Origin: a virus
Taxonomy: Duplodnaviria > Caudoviricetes
DNA length: 64,000 nt
Reading direction: 5' to 3' (one strand)
Virus record (IMG/VR): IMGVR_UViG_3300037420_000470
Coordinates: 23,298 to 87,297 of that record
Shown: piece by piece, positions 48,028 to 56,954 of the stretch
How positions within the stretch are numbered: position 1 is the first letter of the stretch
Layout: each line of letters begins with the position of its first letter
Notes under the pieces: generated by a model
Databases searched by the model: none
Seen by the model: the letters and a program-made list of their open reading frames with translations, nothing else
What the model was told of the DNA's origin: nothing
Made by a program: the position numbers and the translations under genes

Positions 48028-49542
48028 ATGACTAATAATGTAACGTTGATGCTTGGTGATTGTATTGACAAGATGAAAACCCTTCCAGATAGCTCTGTAG
48101 ACTCTATAATAACTGATCCTCCCTACGCTTTCCCTGGCGGGTTCATGGGCAAAGGATGGGACAATTTTGATGGACAAGAAGATGCTGCTTTCGGCTACTG
48201 GTTTGCTGGATTTACAGACGGTGAAGGTCACTTTAGAGTTCAGAAACATGAACGTGGTACACATACTTGCGCTTTCCAATTAAAACTGAGGGATGATGAT
48301 TTAGCTGCTCTTGAGCGAATTAAACGTTTTGTCGGGTATGGTTCAATTTCTTTTGTAGAAGGAGATGGAAGTAGTAACCGACAAGCGGTGTATGTGATAC
48401 AAAACAAAGATGGTTGCGATAGGCTAGTTTCTATTTTTCGTAAGTATCCTCTCACTGCGAAGAAAGCTTTAGATTTTGAAATTTGGGCAGAAGCAGTAGA
48501 AGAATGGCTTGAAAGACCAAGGGGTAATCGCTGGTATGGTGCTGCGGATCAAACTCGTGCAGCAATTTTGAAAGCAAGACTAGAAGATGTTCGGCGTTAC
48601 ACTGATACACCTTGGTCTGGAAATAACTTTCAAGATTGGGTTCGTCAATGGGCTAAAGAGTGTTTGAGGGTGTTAAAACCAGGAGGTCACATATTGGCAT
48701 TCGGATCACCAAAGCAATACCATCGACTAGCGGCAGGTATTGAGGATGCAGGTTTCGAGATTAGGGATCAGATACAATGGATTTTTGGTTCTGGATTTCC
48801 GAAAAGTCATAACTTAAAAGGTGAGTGGGAAGGTTGGGGAACTGCTTTAAAGCCAGCACATGAACCAATCTGTGTAGCACGTAAGCCATTAGCAGAGAAG
48901 ACAGTAGCATCGAATGTGCTTAAATATGGCACAGGGGGGATTAATATTGATGAATGTCGTGTACCAGTTGACCCTGAATCTGATTCATCACAACTACGAA
49001 CAATGAATAGAAGTGAGAGAGACGCAGGGAGAGTTTTTGGTAAATACACAAATGGTGACACAACACAGGTAGTTCATACAGAAGGAAGATGGCCTGCTAA
49101 TATAATTCACGACAGTAGTGCTGAAGTTTTGGAATTGTTTCCAACCACAACAAGCGGGAAACCAGCAGCAAAGCCAAAAACAGAGAGTGTTAAAACTGAG
49201 GGGTGGGGGAACATAGGAATAAATGGACATGGACACCTATATGGGGATACGGGGTCTGCAGCACGTTTCTTTTATTGTGCTAAAGCTTCAAAGAAAGATA
49301 GGGGAGAAGGAAACAACCACCCCACTGTGAAACCTCAAGAACTGATGAAATATCTTGTACGTCTTGTCACTCCACCTAACGGGATTGTGCTTGATCCTTT
49401 CATGGGGAGTGGGAGTACAGGGGTTGCATGTCAAGCTGAGAATTTTGGATTCATTGGGATTGAGCAGAGTGAAGAGTATTTTCAGATAGCACAGAATAGG
49501 CTAGAGAGAATCACACTTGAAAGTGTTGCTGAAGCAGCGTAA
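48028..49542 (+). CDS. beta-class N4-C/N6-A DNA methyltransferase with in-frame LAGLIDADG domain
   Basis: DPPY (aa 30-33), RVLKPGG, HPTVKP, DPFMGSGSTG; YWFAGFTDGEG insertion at about aa 49-198. Confidence 0.88.
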   Translation: MTNNVTLMLGDCIDKMKTLPDSSVDSIITDPPYAFPGGFMGKGWDNFDGQEDAAFGYWFAGFTDGEGHFRVQKHERGTHTCAFQLKLRDDDLAALERIKRFVGYGSISFVEGDGSSNRQAVYVIQNKDGCDRLVSIFRKYPLTAKKALDFEIWAEAVEEWLERPRGNRWYGAADQTRAAILKARLEDVRRYTDTPWSGNNFQDWVRQWAKECLRVLKPGGHILAFGSPKQYHRLAAGIEDAGFEIRDQIQWIFGSGFPKSHNLKGEWEGWGTALKPAHEPICVARKPLAEKTVASNVLKYGTGGINIDECRVPVDPESDSSQLRTMNRSERDAGRVFGKYTNGDTTQVVHTEGRWPANIIHDSSAEVLELFPTTTSGKPAAKPKTESVKTEGWGNIGINGHGHLYGDTGSAARFFYCAKASKKDRGEGNNHPTVKPQELMKYLVRLVTPPNGIVLDPFMGSGSTGVACQAENFGFIGIEQSEEYFQIAQNRLERITLESVAEAA

Positions 49543-49563
49543 TTTTATTTAAAAATTATTTTC

Positions 49564-49596
49564 AGGGAGGGCAACTAGCGTTGTCTTCCCTTTTTG
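49564..49596 (+). terminator. intrinsic terminator
   Basis: AGGGAGGGCAAC-TAGC-GTTGTCTTCCCT then T-tract. Confidence 0.65.
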
Positions 49597-50181
49597 TTTG
49601 GTTGTAAATATCCTGTTAGGAATAGGTAAAAATCGAATGTGTGGCTTAACCACCCCGGCTGGCCCTGATTCACCCTCGCCAAGACTCCAAAATATCCCTA
49701 CAAGCAGCGATCTCACCCAGGACATAGCAAACCATGTCCAACGCTTAAAGCCTCTCAAAACGGCTCTAATTCAGTTTAAACAGCATGTGTATTTATACAG
49801 TGTTTTAGGGTTGGCATGGATATTGCTTAGGATAACTTAGGTCTGACTACTGTATTAACACATGTGTTTATGTACAGTAGTCCATCCCATTAATAGGCTT
49901 ATCCTGTTTACGCTCGGTAATGGGACGGAATAACACTGTCTAAGAGGTAGGAAAGATGCACATATTAGTCATACACTTAGATGTACGCTATGCTGCATGG
50001 CGCTATGTATACCTGTTGACGGACCAGCATGCTATGTGACGGCATAATGCATATGGCATGCATCTTGCTTGTGTTGGATGCACAAAACATACCTGTATGT
50101 TGCATATAAGCAAGGTTTCGCACTGGTTCATGTATGCACTGTTAACATGATGTGCTAAGAAGGAGGCACTGATGACGTGCT

Positions 50182-50263
50182 TAACCAAAGCACATGTTTA
50201 ATCTATAACCAATAATGCTGTTTAGTCTATAACCAAAGAACATGTTTAATCTATAACCAATAA
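50182..50263. repeat. imperfect direct repeats TGTTTARTCTATAACCAA (three copies)
   Basis: AACCAAAG(C/A)ACATGTTTAATCTATAACCAATAA duplicated. Confidence 0.8.
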
Positions 50264-50280
50264 GAAGCCATACAATAAAC

Positions 50281-50321
50281 TTATACACAGATATCATTAG
50301 TTATCCACAAACTTATCCACA
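50281..50321 (+). promoter_or_regulatory. three DnaA-box matches (cluster A)
   Basis: TTATACACA at 50281, TTATCCACA at 50301 and 50313. Confidence 0.7.
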
Positions 50322-50703
50322 TATAAAGTTCTTTTAATTATTTCCTTACATTAATTGTTTTTAGTATGCACTAAACAACAAACACTAATAAATACTCGTC
50401 TAATCAATGGCTTATAAAGAGCCTATAAGCTATTTATAATCGCCTTATAGGCTCTTTGCACAAACACAATACATACTAGATTAAACACTGTTTTAACGGT
50501 CTATTAGGCCACTACATAATGCCTGTACATGTCCCATGCTTGAGCATAGCTTCCGTACAATACCTATGTCATGCCTGAAGCTATGCCTTTATTCTGTTTT
50601 GTTTTTAGTTTCATACATTAGTTTTTCTTTTAAGGAATCCTTTAAAATGTTGTTTTTAGGATATGTTTCCTGTATAATTTACGGTTCTTTCAAGGAACCT
50701 TTA

Positions 50704-50829
50704 AAGAGTCTCTTATATAGGTTGGAAAAATTACTTTATGGACAATCTGACAAAATCCTTTATACGGTTCCTTGTAAGGTTCCTTGTAAGGTTCCTTGTA
50801 AGAGTCTCTTATATAGGTTGGAAAAATTA
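50704..50829. repeat. 30-bp direct repeat flanking three tandem 12-mers
   Basis: AAGAGTCTCTTATATAGGTTGGAAAAATTA at 50704 and 50800; GGTTCCTTGTAA x3 at 50766-50801. Confidence 0.85.
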
Positions 50830-50861
50830 TATTTAGTTAAGAAAGGATTGATACAGGTAGT

Positions 50862-51338
50862 ATGTTTAATGAATTTGAAGAGTCAGAGATTCCAGAATTA
50901 ACACCTGAATTTTTAGATAGTTTGAAAAAACACTTCAGGAAGCGTTATAGACCTGCAGACAAGGAAATCATTCGAGATTATGAGAATAGGTTGATTAATG
51001 ACATGCCGGAAGAGCAAGAACCAAAGCCGGGAAGAAAGGTTAAGACATTAAATAATGTTGATATAAAGGAGAGATTCAACGGCATAGAGTATGCTGACAT
51101 GGCAAGCATGTATCCGCGCATTGATGATATCTTGCATGGCGTTTGTAGACTCGATACAGGAAACAATACAAGGCCATTAAGCAAAACTCTTATATTTAAC
51201 ATCATGGCTAATGCTGAAGAAATTACCATTGGATTGATTATGCATGTTTGTGATGTAAAGAAGAGCCAAGCATATAATTATCTGAAAGCTTGTAGGATAG
51301 CTAGTCGGATGATATTGAATGAGTTTAAAAGGAAATGA
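50862..51338 (+). CDS. protein with C-terminal HTH-like motif
   Basis: ITIGLIMHVCDVKKSQAYNYLKA. Confidence 0.6.
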   Translation: MFNEFEESEIPELTPEFLDSLKKHFRKRYRPADKEIIRDYENRLINDMPEEQEPKPGRKVKTLNNVDIKERFNGIEYADMASMYPRIDDILHGVCRLDTGNNTRPLSKTLIFNIMANAEEITIGLIMHVCDVKKSQAYNYLKACRIASRMILNEFKRK

Positions 51339-51341
51339 AGA

Positions 51342-51539
51342 TTGACAACTACATTTGAAGAAACATTACAGGAACAATTAGACGTTATAGCTAGTCATGT
51401 AGATAGGCATACGCTTGATAATATGGATTATGGGGCGATTAATGCCTTGTCTAAAGTCTTATATGACGGTATAGCATGGACATTGACAGACAAAGAGATT
51501 ATCAACCTATACCGTATAACAGCTAACACTTTCCTATAA
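51342..51539 (+). CDS. hypothetical protein
   Basis: 65 aa, TTG start. Confidence 0.55.
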   Translation: MTTTFEETLQEQLDVIASHVDRHTLDNMDYGAINALSKVLYDGIAWTLTDKEIINLYRITANTFL

Positions 51540-51591
51540 ATGAATAAAGCCGGGAAGATTCCCGGCCTTGTTTGATGTTAACTTAATTTGT

Positions 51592-51744
51592 TTACATGTA
51601 TGAGTACACTATGCAAGGCATTGGAACAAGGCTCTTAGCACATTCTTCAGCTTCTTTATATGTATCAAAGCCAATTACTTCTTTAGTAACAATTTTACCA
51701 GTATTGATAATCAAGAGTTTGAAAATCCAGGTTTGACGGTTCAT
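51592..51744 (-). CDS. early hypothetical protein
   Basis: MNRQTW start behind AAAGGA; own promoter. Confidence 0.6.
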   Translation of the reverse strand: MNRQTWIFKLLIINTGKIVTKEVIGFDTYKEAEECAKSLVPMPCIVYSYM

Positions 51745-51885
51745 TTTGTTTCCTTTCGTTTGCTTGTTGGTATGACTAGATATTAGATCAAACAATTAAG
51801 GAATGCAAGCATTATTTTAAATAAATTGTAACAAACACTAAAAGCCGGGAAGATTCCCGGCCTTGTTTGTTGTTGGTAGCTTAGT

Positions 51886-52272
51886 TTAAAACTGATAATC
51901 TAAACTTAATTTACCCGTCATGTTTTGCGATTTCAATTCTTTAACGATTTTATTTATCAATGCTTGTTTGCTTTTTGCGCTAACTTCAGCCTTCGGTAAT
52001 ACGTCAATCTTAGCAAACAATGTGCTGTTTTCATTCCTGATAGTGGCTTTGGCATTAGTTTCTATTTTATTACGATCGTCCATAAAACCATATCCCATAT
52101 AGAAGCGATCATTGCCGATTGCTGCATTCTCTCTTCCATCTCTCCAGCAATAAAGGACATCAGTGAAAGGAAGTGTTTTGTGTTCTACAACTTTAACAAA
52201 TGCACCTTGTTTTTTGAGATTGTCAATTGCTTGTTTCATCTCCGAAGGATTGCGGAAAGATATTTTTGCCAT
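51886..52272 (-). CDS. early hypothetical protein
   Basis: 128 aa; own promoter; flanked by 69-bp direct repeats. Confidence 0.7.
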   Translation of the reverse strand: MAKISFRNPSEMKQAIDNLKKQGAFVKVVEHKTLPFTDVLYCWRDGRENAAIGNDRFYMGYGFMDDRNKIETNAKATIRNENSTLFAKIDVLPKAEVSAKSKQALINKIVKELKSQNMTGKLSLDYQF

Positions 52273-52417
52273 AATTGCTTCCTTTCATGTGTTTTGTTGG
52301 AGTAGCTTCACTATAACAAACACAAAAAGCCAATGCAAGCATTATTTTAAATAAATTGTAACAAACACTAAAAGCCGGGAAGATTCCCGGCCTTGTTTGT
52401 ATTACTTATCTTGTTTG

Positions 52418-52660
52418 TCAGATTCTATCTTCTAAAAACCTCCATAATTCTTTCATCCCATTGTAGAGGTTGATTTTTACACAATCATATTCTTTCCAAG
52501 ATTCACTTCCACTATATACCATAACAGGATCATACACTCCAATTGTCAATCCAGAATCATCAATTTGGAAAGCTTCATATTCTTGCTTTGCAAGAATGGC
52601 AATAGCTCTATCTGCTGCTGTACCAATGGTTTCTGGCTTGATACGCTTGGTTGTTTGCAT
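52418..52660 (-). CDS. early hypothetical protein
   Basis: 80 aa; own promoter, RBS AAGGAG. Confidence 0.7.
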   Translation of the reverse strand: MQTTKRIKPETIGTAADRAIAILAKQEYEAFQIDDSGLTIGVYDPVMVYSGSESWKEYDCVKINLYNGMKELWRFLEDRI

Positions 52661-52944
52661 GATATTTCTCCTTGTTACTAGTTGGTTGCGATGTGTTCAT
52701 AATAGCAAACACAAAAAGCCAATGCAAGCATTATTTGCACTGGCTTTGAAAATAATTTGAGGAATGTCAAACATCTAATAACTTGTTTATAGCCTGTATA
52801 AGCTCTTTTCTAGTGCTAGTGTATAGGCGAGTAGGACCAACATTAAAAGAAGTCCTATAGCGCCCCCCCAATAGCCTGTAGGAGTGCTATCGTTCCTATA
52901 GAAAGGGATTCCTCTGTATTCAAAATCCCCTTCGCCTAAATTCT

Positions 52945-53229
52945 TTACTGTATGCTTTCCAGCCATTGATTATTTTCCTTTGAGGTCAGATTGATATTGT
53001 TCCATTTACGATCAAACGTTACATCATAATCTTGTCCAAAACATACTTTCACAATATGCTGAATGGTTTCGTTCGCACCATCAATTACAATCATTCCTTT
53101 ACCAAGAAACATTCCAAACAATTTACGCTGATCTGCAGCTTTCATCGTTCCTTTGAACTTGCCGCATACGCTGCCAGTCTTCTCTAACAGGAAGAAAGCC
53201 AAGTTTTGAGCGATTTCGAATTTCTTCAT
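52945..53229 (-). CDS. early hypothetical protein
   Basis: 94 aa; own promoter. Confidence 0.7.
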   Translation of the reverse strand: MKKFEIAQNLAFFLLEKTGSVCGKFKGTMKAADQRKLFGMFLGKGMIVIDGANETIQHIVKVCFGQDYDVTFDRKWNNINLTSKENNQWLESIQ

Positions 53230-53337
53230 TTTGTTTGCCTTTCATGTGTTTGTTGGTATGTCTGAATCATAGCAAACAACAAAACAGAAAGCAAGCATTA
53301 TTTCAAAATTCTTTTGAGCTAAATCAAACAGGATTCG

Positions 53338-53628
53338 TCAGAATCCATACCATCTAATACGATCTTTCTGTCTTTCTCTTCGCTCGCTATCTCTCATACG
53401 CTTGTATTCTTTCCTGATCAATTCAACCAATGGCTTTTCAGGATTCCAAACAAGCGTATTGCCACCTGCCTGGAGCTTTTCACAAATCTGTAAATGGTTC
53501 CATGAATTTCTGACATAGCCACCATCGATAGGAGCAAACACATTGTATCCATATGTTTCATCAGTAACAGAGCATTTATAGCTAATAAACACTCTGTTAT
53601 GTGCAATAGCTTTAATAATTGTTCGCAT
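53338..53628 (-). CDS. early hypothetical protein
   Basis: 96 aa, RBS AAGGA. Confidence 0.65.
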   Translation of the reverse strand: MRTIIKAIAHNRVFISYKCSVTDETYGYNVFAPIDGGYVRNSWNHLQICEKLQAGGNTLVWNPEKPLVELIRKEYKRMRDSERRERQKDRIRWYGF

Positions 53629-53671
53629 GACCTATTCCTTATTCATTGGTTTATGCTAGTCAAAATTGATT

Positions 53672-53896
53672 TTAATCCAAAATCTTTACACTTGAAACAC
53701 CGAACCTATCAATATCGACATCATAATCGAATGTCTGCTTTCCTCTTTCACCTAATGTGCCACCACAAATACAGTCTTTCATACCACATAATTTCGACCT
53801 AATAGACCTAATCCGGCGCAATGATAAAACGTCGCCAGGTTTTGCATAGAATGTTGCTTGTGTATTGTGGAAATCATTAGTAATGATATATCGCAT
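53672..53896 (-). CDS. early hypothetical protein (Cys-containing)
   Basis: LCGMKDCICGG; RBS AAGGA. Confidence 0.65.
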   Translation of the reverse strand: MRYIITNDFHNTQATFYAKPGDVLSLRRIRSIRSKLCGMKDCICGGTLGERGKQTFDYDVDIDRFGVSSVKILD

Positions 53897-53981
53897 GATG
53901 TTTCCTTATTCATTATCAGACATTACACCACCCATATTCATCTGCATGCTGTCTAATTACAATCTTTGGCATGATATGCCT

Positions 53982-54149
53982 TTATTGAGAATGTTTATCA
54001 ATCCAATCTTTAGCACACACTGCAGCCGACTTACCTGCATCGTAATATTCCCTAATGTGTGCCATTGATGGATATTCAATATCACCATGCATCAAACAAT
54101 ACATGTCAATCTTGATTTCAACTGATTTGATGAAATTTTGTGATGTCAT
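53982..54149 (-). CDS. early 55-aa protein (not in ORF track)
   Basis: MTSQNFIKSV...; RBS GAGG. Confidence 0.55.
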   Translation of the reverse strand: MTSQNFIKSVEIKIDMYCLMHGDIEYPSMAHIREYYDAGKSAAVCAKDWIDKHSQ

Positions 54150-54167
54150 GTCTTCCTCTTATAAGGA

Positions 54168-54245
54168 TTAACGAAATAAAACTTTATTTACCATCCGTCC
54201 AATGGTAATTCCAGAAACGATACATGCGGAAATCACTAGTATCAT
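54168..54245 (-). CDS. early 25-aa hydrophobic peptide (not in ORF track)
   Basis: MILVISACIVSGITIGRMVNKVLFR; first ORF behind TTGACA-N17-CATAAT. Confidence 0.5.
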   Translation of the reverse strand: MILVISACIVSGITIGRMVNKVLFR

Positions 54246-54493
54246 GATATGTCGCCTTTCCTGAATTTGTTGAACATGTAGCGATTATGTATGCTCCTAA
54301 TACGCTTGTCAAGCTAAATTTACACATTATTACAAATCTATTTCTAGGCCATTTATAGGCGATTAGAGAGGTTTTAAGCTGTGCTAATAGGGTAGCATAT
54401 ATGCTGATATGTCATCGCTCCTATGGCCTGTAGAATGGCTGGAAATGGATAAAATAAAAGCCGGGGGAATTTCCGGCTTTGTCAGTGTTACTC

Positions 54494-54829
54494 TCACCAA
54501 TGCTCATTATATTCTTGCGATGTCATCGGTCTATGATAGGCTTGCTGTATTTCATATGACGGAAATTTAGCAATCACAGAATTTCCGCGTGAATCTTTAC
54601 TTATTTCTACACACTCGCCCGAATTGAGAATGTACACTTTTGCATCCCTGTAAAACTTGCCCGATTGATTCAATTGTTTTGCATTATAGATTGCTTGATA
54701 TTCGAGTTTATCTCCTTCAACTGTGAAAGCATGGAATATTTCAGGTTGAATAGCTTCGCCATGTTCGGCTTTGTAGTTTTCCAGGTACGCTTGATAACGT
54801 TTTGCTTGTTTGCCCATTTCCATGATCAC
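54494..54829 (-). CDS. early hypothetical protein
   Basis: 111 aa; own promoter. Confidence 0.7.
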   Translation of the reverse strand: MIMEMGKQAKRYQAYLENYKAEHGEAIQPEIFHAFTVEGDKLEYQAIYNAKQLNQSGKFYRDAKVYILNSGECVEISKDSRGNSVIAKFPSYEIQQAYHRPMTSQEYNEHW

Positions 54830-55043
54830 TTCCTTTCATGTGTTTGTTGGAATGATTCAATGCTATACCATCCAAAAACAGAATGCAAGCGATTTTTAAT
54901 GTTTCCTTGCTTTTATTTCCCTATGCCAATGTAGCGCTTCAAGCGTATAAACTTTCCTATTCTCTGCTTTCCTACTGGCTTTAGACAATTTCAAGGCATG
55001 TGCTTTTTGGATCTTTGCATGAGCGATAAATAAGAGCATGTCA

Positions 55044-55253
55044 TTATCCCTTGGTTAATGAATTGTTAATGTGTCTTGCGTTCTTCATTTTCTGGAATTC
55101 TCTTTTTGTGAGAATCCTCGAAATTTCTACATTAATAGAACATCCAACCTTACCTAATGTAATAACTCCTATAATCCCGGTAATCAAATAACCAATAGAC
55201 ACAAGAAAACTATAGGATAATGGTTTTCTTGAAATGTAGAATATGTTCCACAT
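55044..55253 (-). CDS. early membrane protein
   Basis: one hydrophobic segment. Confidence 0.5.
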   Translation of the reverse strand: MWNIFYISRKPLSYSFLVSIGYLITGIIGVITLGKVGCSINVEISRILTKREFQKMKNARHINNSLTKG

Positions 55254-55257
55254 ATTA

Positions 55258-55578
55258 TCACCTTACATCGAAACCGGCGCATTTAGCGGCTTTAAGCCAA
55301 TATTTAAGTTTCCTATCCGGATTATCTCTTGAATAATGAATTGCTGTACTTTCATAATCTCCGGTCTCGAAATCTTGATCAGGTTCGCTGGAAAACCATG
55401 TTATGTATCCTGATGCCTGTATTGGCATGCTTGACGGCATATAATGCGATTCCATCAATCCAACTAATTCACGGAATGTAACAGATTCATTCTTTGCTAA
55501 AAATCCTGATTCTGCTATATCGCCGTCCTGAACTGATTCTTCCGTTAGAATCGCATATGTTCTATTGATTAAGATCAT
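55258..55578 (-). CDS. early hypothetical protein
   Basis: 106 aa; EESVQDGDIAESGF...FRELV...YWLKAAK. Confidence 0.7.
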   Translation of the reverse strand: MILINRTYAILTEESVQDGDIAESGFLAKNESVTFRELVGLMESHYMPSSMPIQASGYITWFSSEPDQDFETGDYESTAIHYSRDNPDRKLKYWLKAAKCAGFDVR

Positions 55579-55581
55579 GGT

Positions 55582-55776
55582 TTATTCCTCCGGCTTGAGC
55601 CATTCAATATTGATAATGCTTTCTTCAAGTTCTAATTCCTGACACATGTCAGCATGATCAATATATCCGGCCTCTTTACAATATGTGTCTAATGCTTCAT
55701 CCATGTCATTAGCTTCTATGATTTGCTCTTGCGCGATAATATCTAAACACCATACTCTGAACTTATACATGATCAT
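55582..55776 (-). CDS. early acidic protein
   Basis: 17 Asp/Glu versus 4 Lys/Arg in 64 aa. Confidence 0.65.
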   Translation of the reverse strand: MIMYKFRVWCLDIIAQEQIIEANDMDEALDTYCKEAGYIDHADMCQELELEESIINIEWLKPEE

Positions 55777-55979
55777 ATCCTTTGATTATAGACGATTATA
55801 GACGTTTAAATGTAAGCAAATAGGCTTTATTCATACCTCCCTATTGGTGCATCTAGCGGGCCGTCCGCATATTCGAAATCTAAATCTAGTGGCAATGTAA
55901 ACACCCACTCTTGAAATGCACATCTACTATCTTGCGCAGCATAAAACCATAAGCAATTATGCGTTATGTAATCCATAAT

Positions 55980-56231
55980 TTAAACTTCATGAATCCGTTT
56001 TACCAATGGCGTATAATCATATGTTTCGACAATCATTGCTCTTTCTGAGCAATACGGCAGCCATGAATAAGCCCCCTTCATTGTCCAGCAAAGAATAGAT
56101 GTACCATAATTATCAATTACTTTGTATTTAGCAAAGTAATCCTTTGCCACGTTATTTACAGATTTGCAAGCTTTGCGAATGTCAGATTTGACAGCTTTAA
56201 AAAGATTTTTGGTAGCGGATTTCGTTTTCAT
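55980..56231 (-). CDS. early hypothetical protein
   Basis: 83 aa; TATAAT and CCAACAAAC leader. Confidence 0.65.
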   Translation of the reverse strand: MKTKSATKNLFKAVKSDIRKACKSVNNVAKDYFAKYKVIDNYGTSILCWTMKGAYSWLPYCSERAMIVETYDYTPLVKRIHEV

Positions 56232-56278
56232 AGCTTGTTATCCTTTGGTTTGTTGGACTGGAGTTATTATACTGAAAT

Positions 56279-56404
56279 TTAGAAAACTACAACATGTTCG
56301 CAGATTGACTTATGCCAATAAGTATAAGAAATTCCTTGCTTTTTGAGTTCCATTATGAATTTACGAACATGTAATTCAGAATCAAATGTTTTAGTGGTTT
56401 TCAT
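56279..56404 (-). CDS. early 41-aa protein (not in ORF track)
   Basis: MKTTKTFDSELHVRKF...; own promoter. Confidence 0.55.
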   Translation of the reverse strand: MKTTKTFDSELHVRKFIMELKKQGISYTYWHKSICEHVVVF

Positions 56405-56478
56405 GGCTTGCTTTCGTTTGTTTGTTTGTTGGAATGATTCAATCTTGCTGGAATTTCTTCCAGCATGTCAAGCATTAT

Positions 56479-56661
56479 TTATTCGTCCATCAACTCTTGA
56501 TAGAGTTCATCCAACTCTCTAGCATACTTTTGCGCATTGATCCAGTCAACATACAAGGATAAATCAACTGTACAGTTTTTAAACTTCCTGTATGCTTGAT
56601 CTTCAGCATTTTGAGCTTTGACAATCTTTCCAAGAAGTTCAAGTTGAGTATTTACATTCAT
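56479..56661 (-). CDS. early hypothetical protein
   Basis: 60 aa; own promoter. Confidence 0.65.
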   Translation of the reverse strand: MNVNTQLELLGKIVKAQNAEDQAYRKFKNCTVDLSLYVDWINAQKYARELDELYQELMDE

Positions 56662-56954
56662 GGCATCACCTTGCTATGTGTTTGTTGGAATGATTAGAGC
56701 ATAGCAAACAAAAACAAGGAATGCAAGCGATTTTTTAAATTATTTTTCAGAAATGAAAAAGCCGGGAATTTCCCGGCTTTGGTTGATTGCTCATGCTCTA
56801 TTTGCTTGCATACATTCGTTTATGCTCGCTCCTAGTCCATTGTTTACCGGCATGGCGCGGTTTGTCATTTCCAGGTTTAGACTCTTTTGTGCGAATGATT
56901 TTGATAAATGATTGATTGTTATGCATGCTGTATTCTCCGTTGTTGGTTTGTTAA

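Larger units (their letters stand above)
51549..56777. repeat. dispersed GCCGG(GAA)...TTCCCGGC terminator hairpins
   Basis: copies at 51549, 51844, 52374, 54460 and 56761; variant at about 58422-58445. Confidence 0.85.

Noticed and set aside
48172-48621. Intein or group I intron in the MTase
   Set aside because: No splice-junction residues, no space for a HINT domain and no P/Q/R/S elements.
46134-49542. Insertion sequence or transposon
   Set aside because: No transposase, terminal inverted repeats or target duplication found.
50536-50901. 121-aa ORF containing VPCK repeats
   Set aside because: It simply translates the 12-bp and 30-bp DNA repeats; no RBS or protein-like composition.
51540-56780. 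CRISPR-like or integron (attC) array
   Set aside because: The repeats resolve into terminator, sigma70 promoter and leader elements; spacing is gene-sized and irregular; no integron integrase or cas gene.
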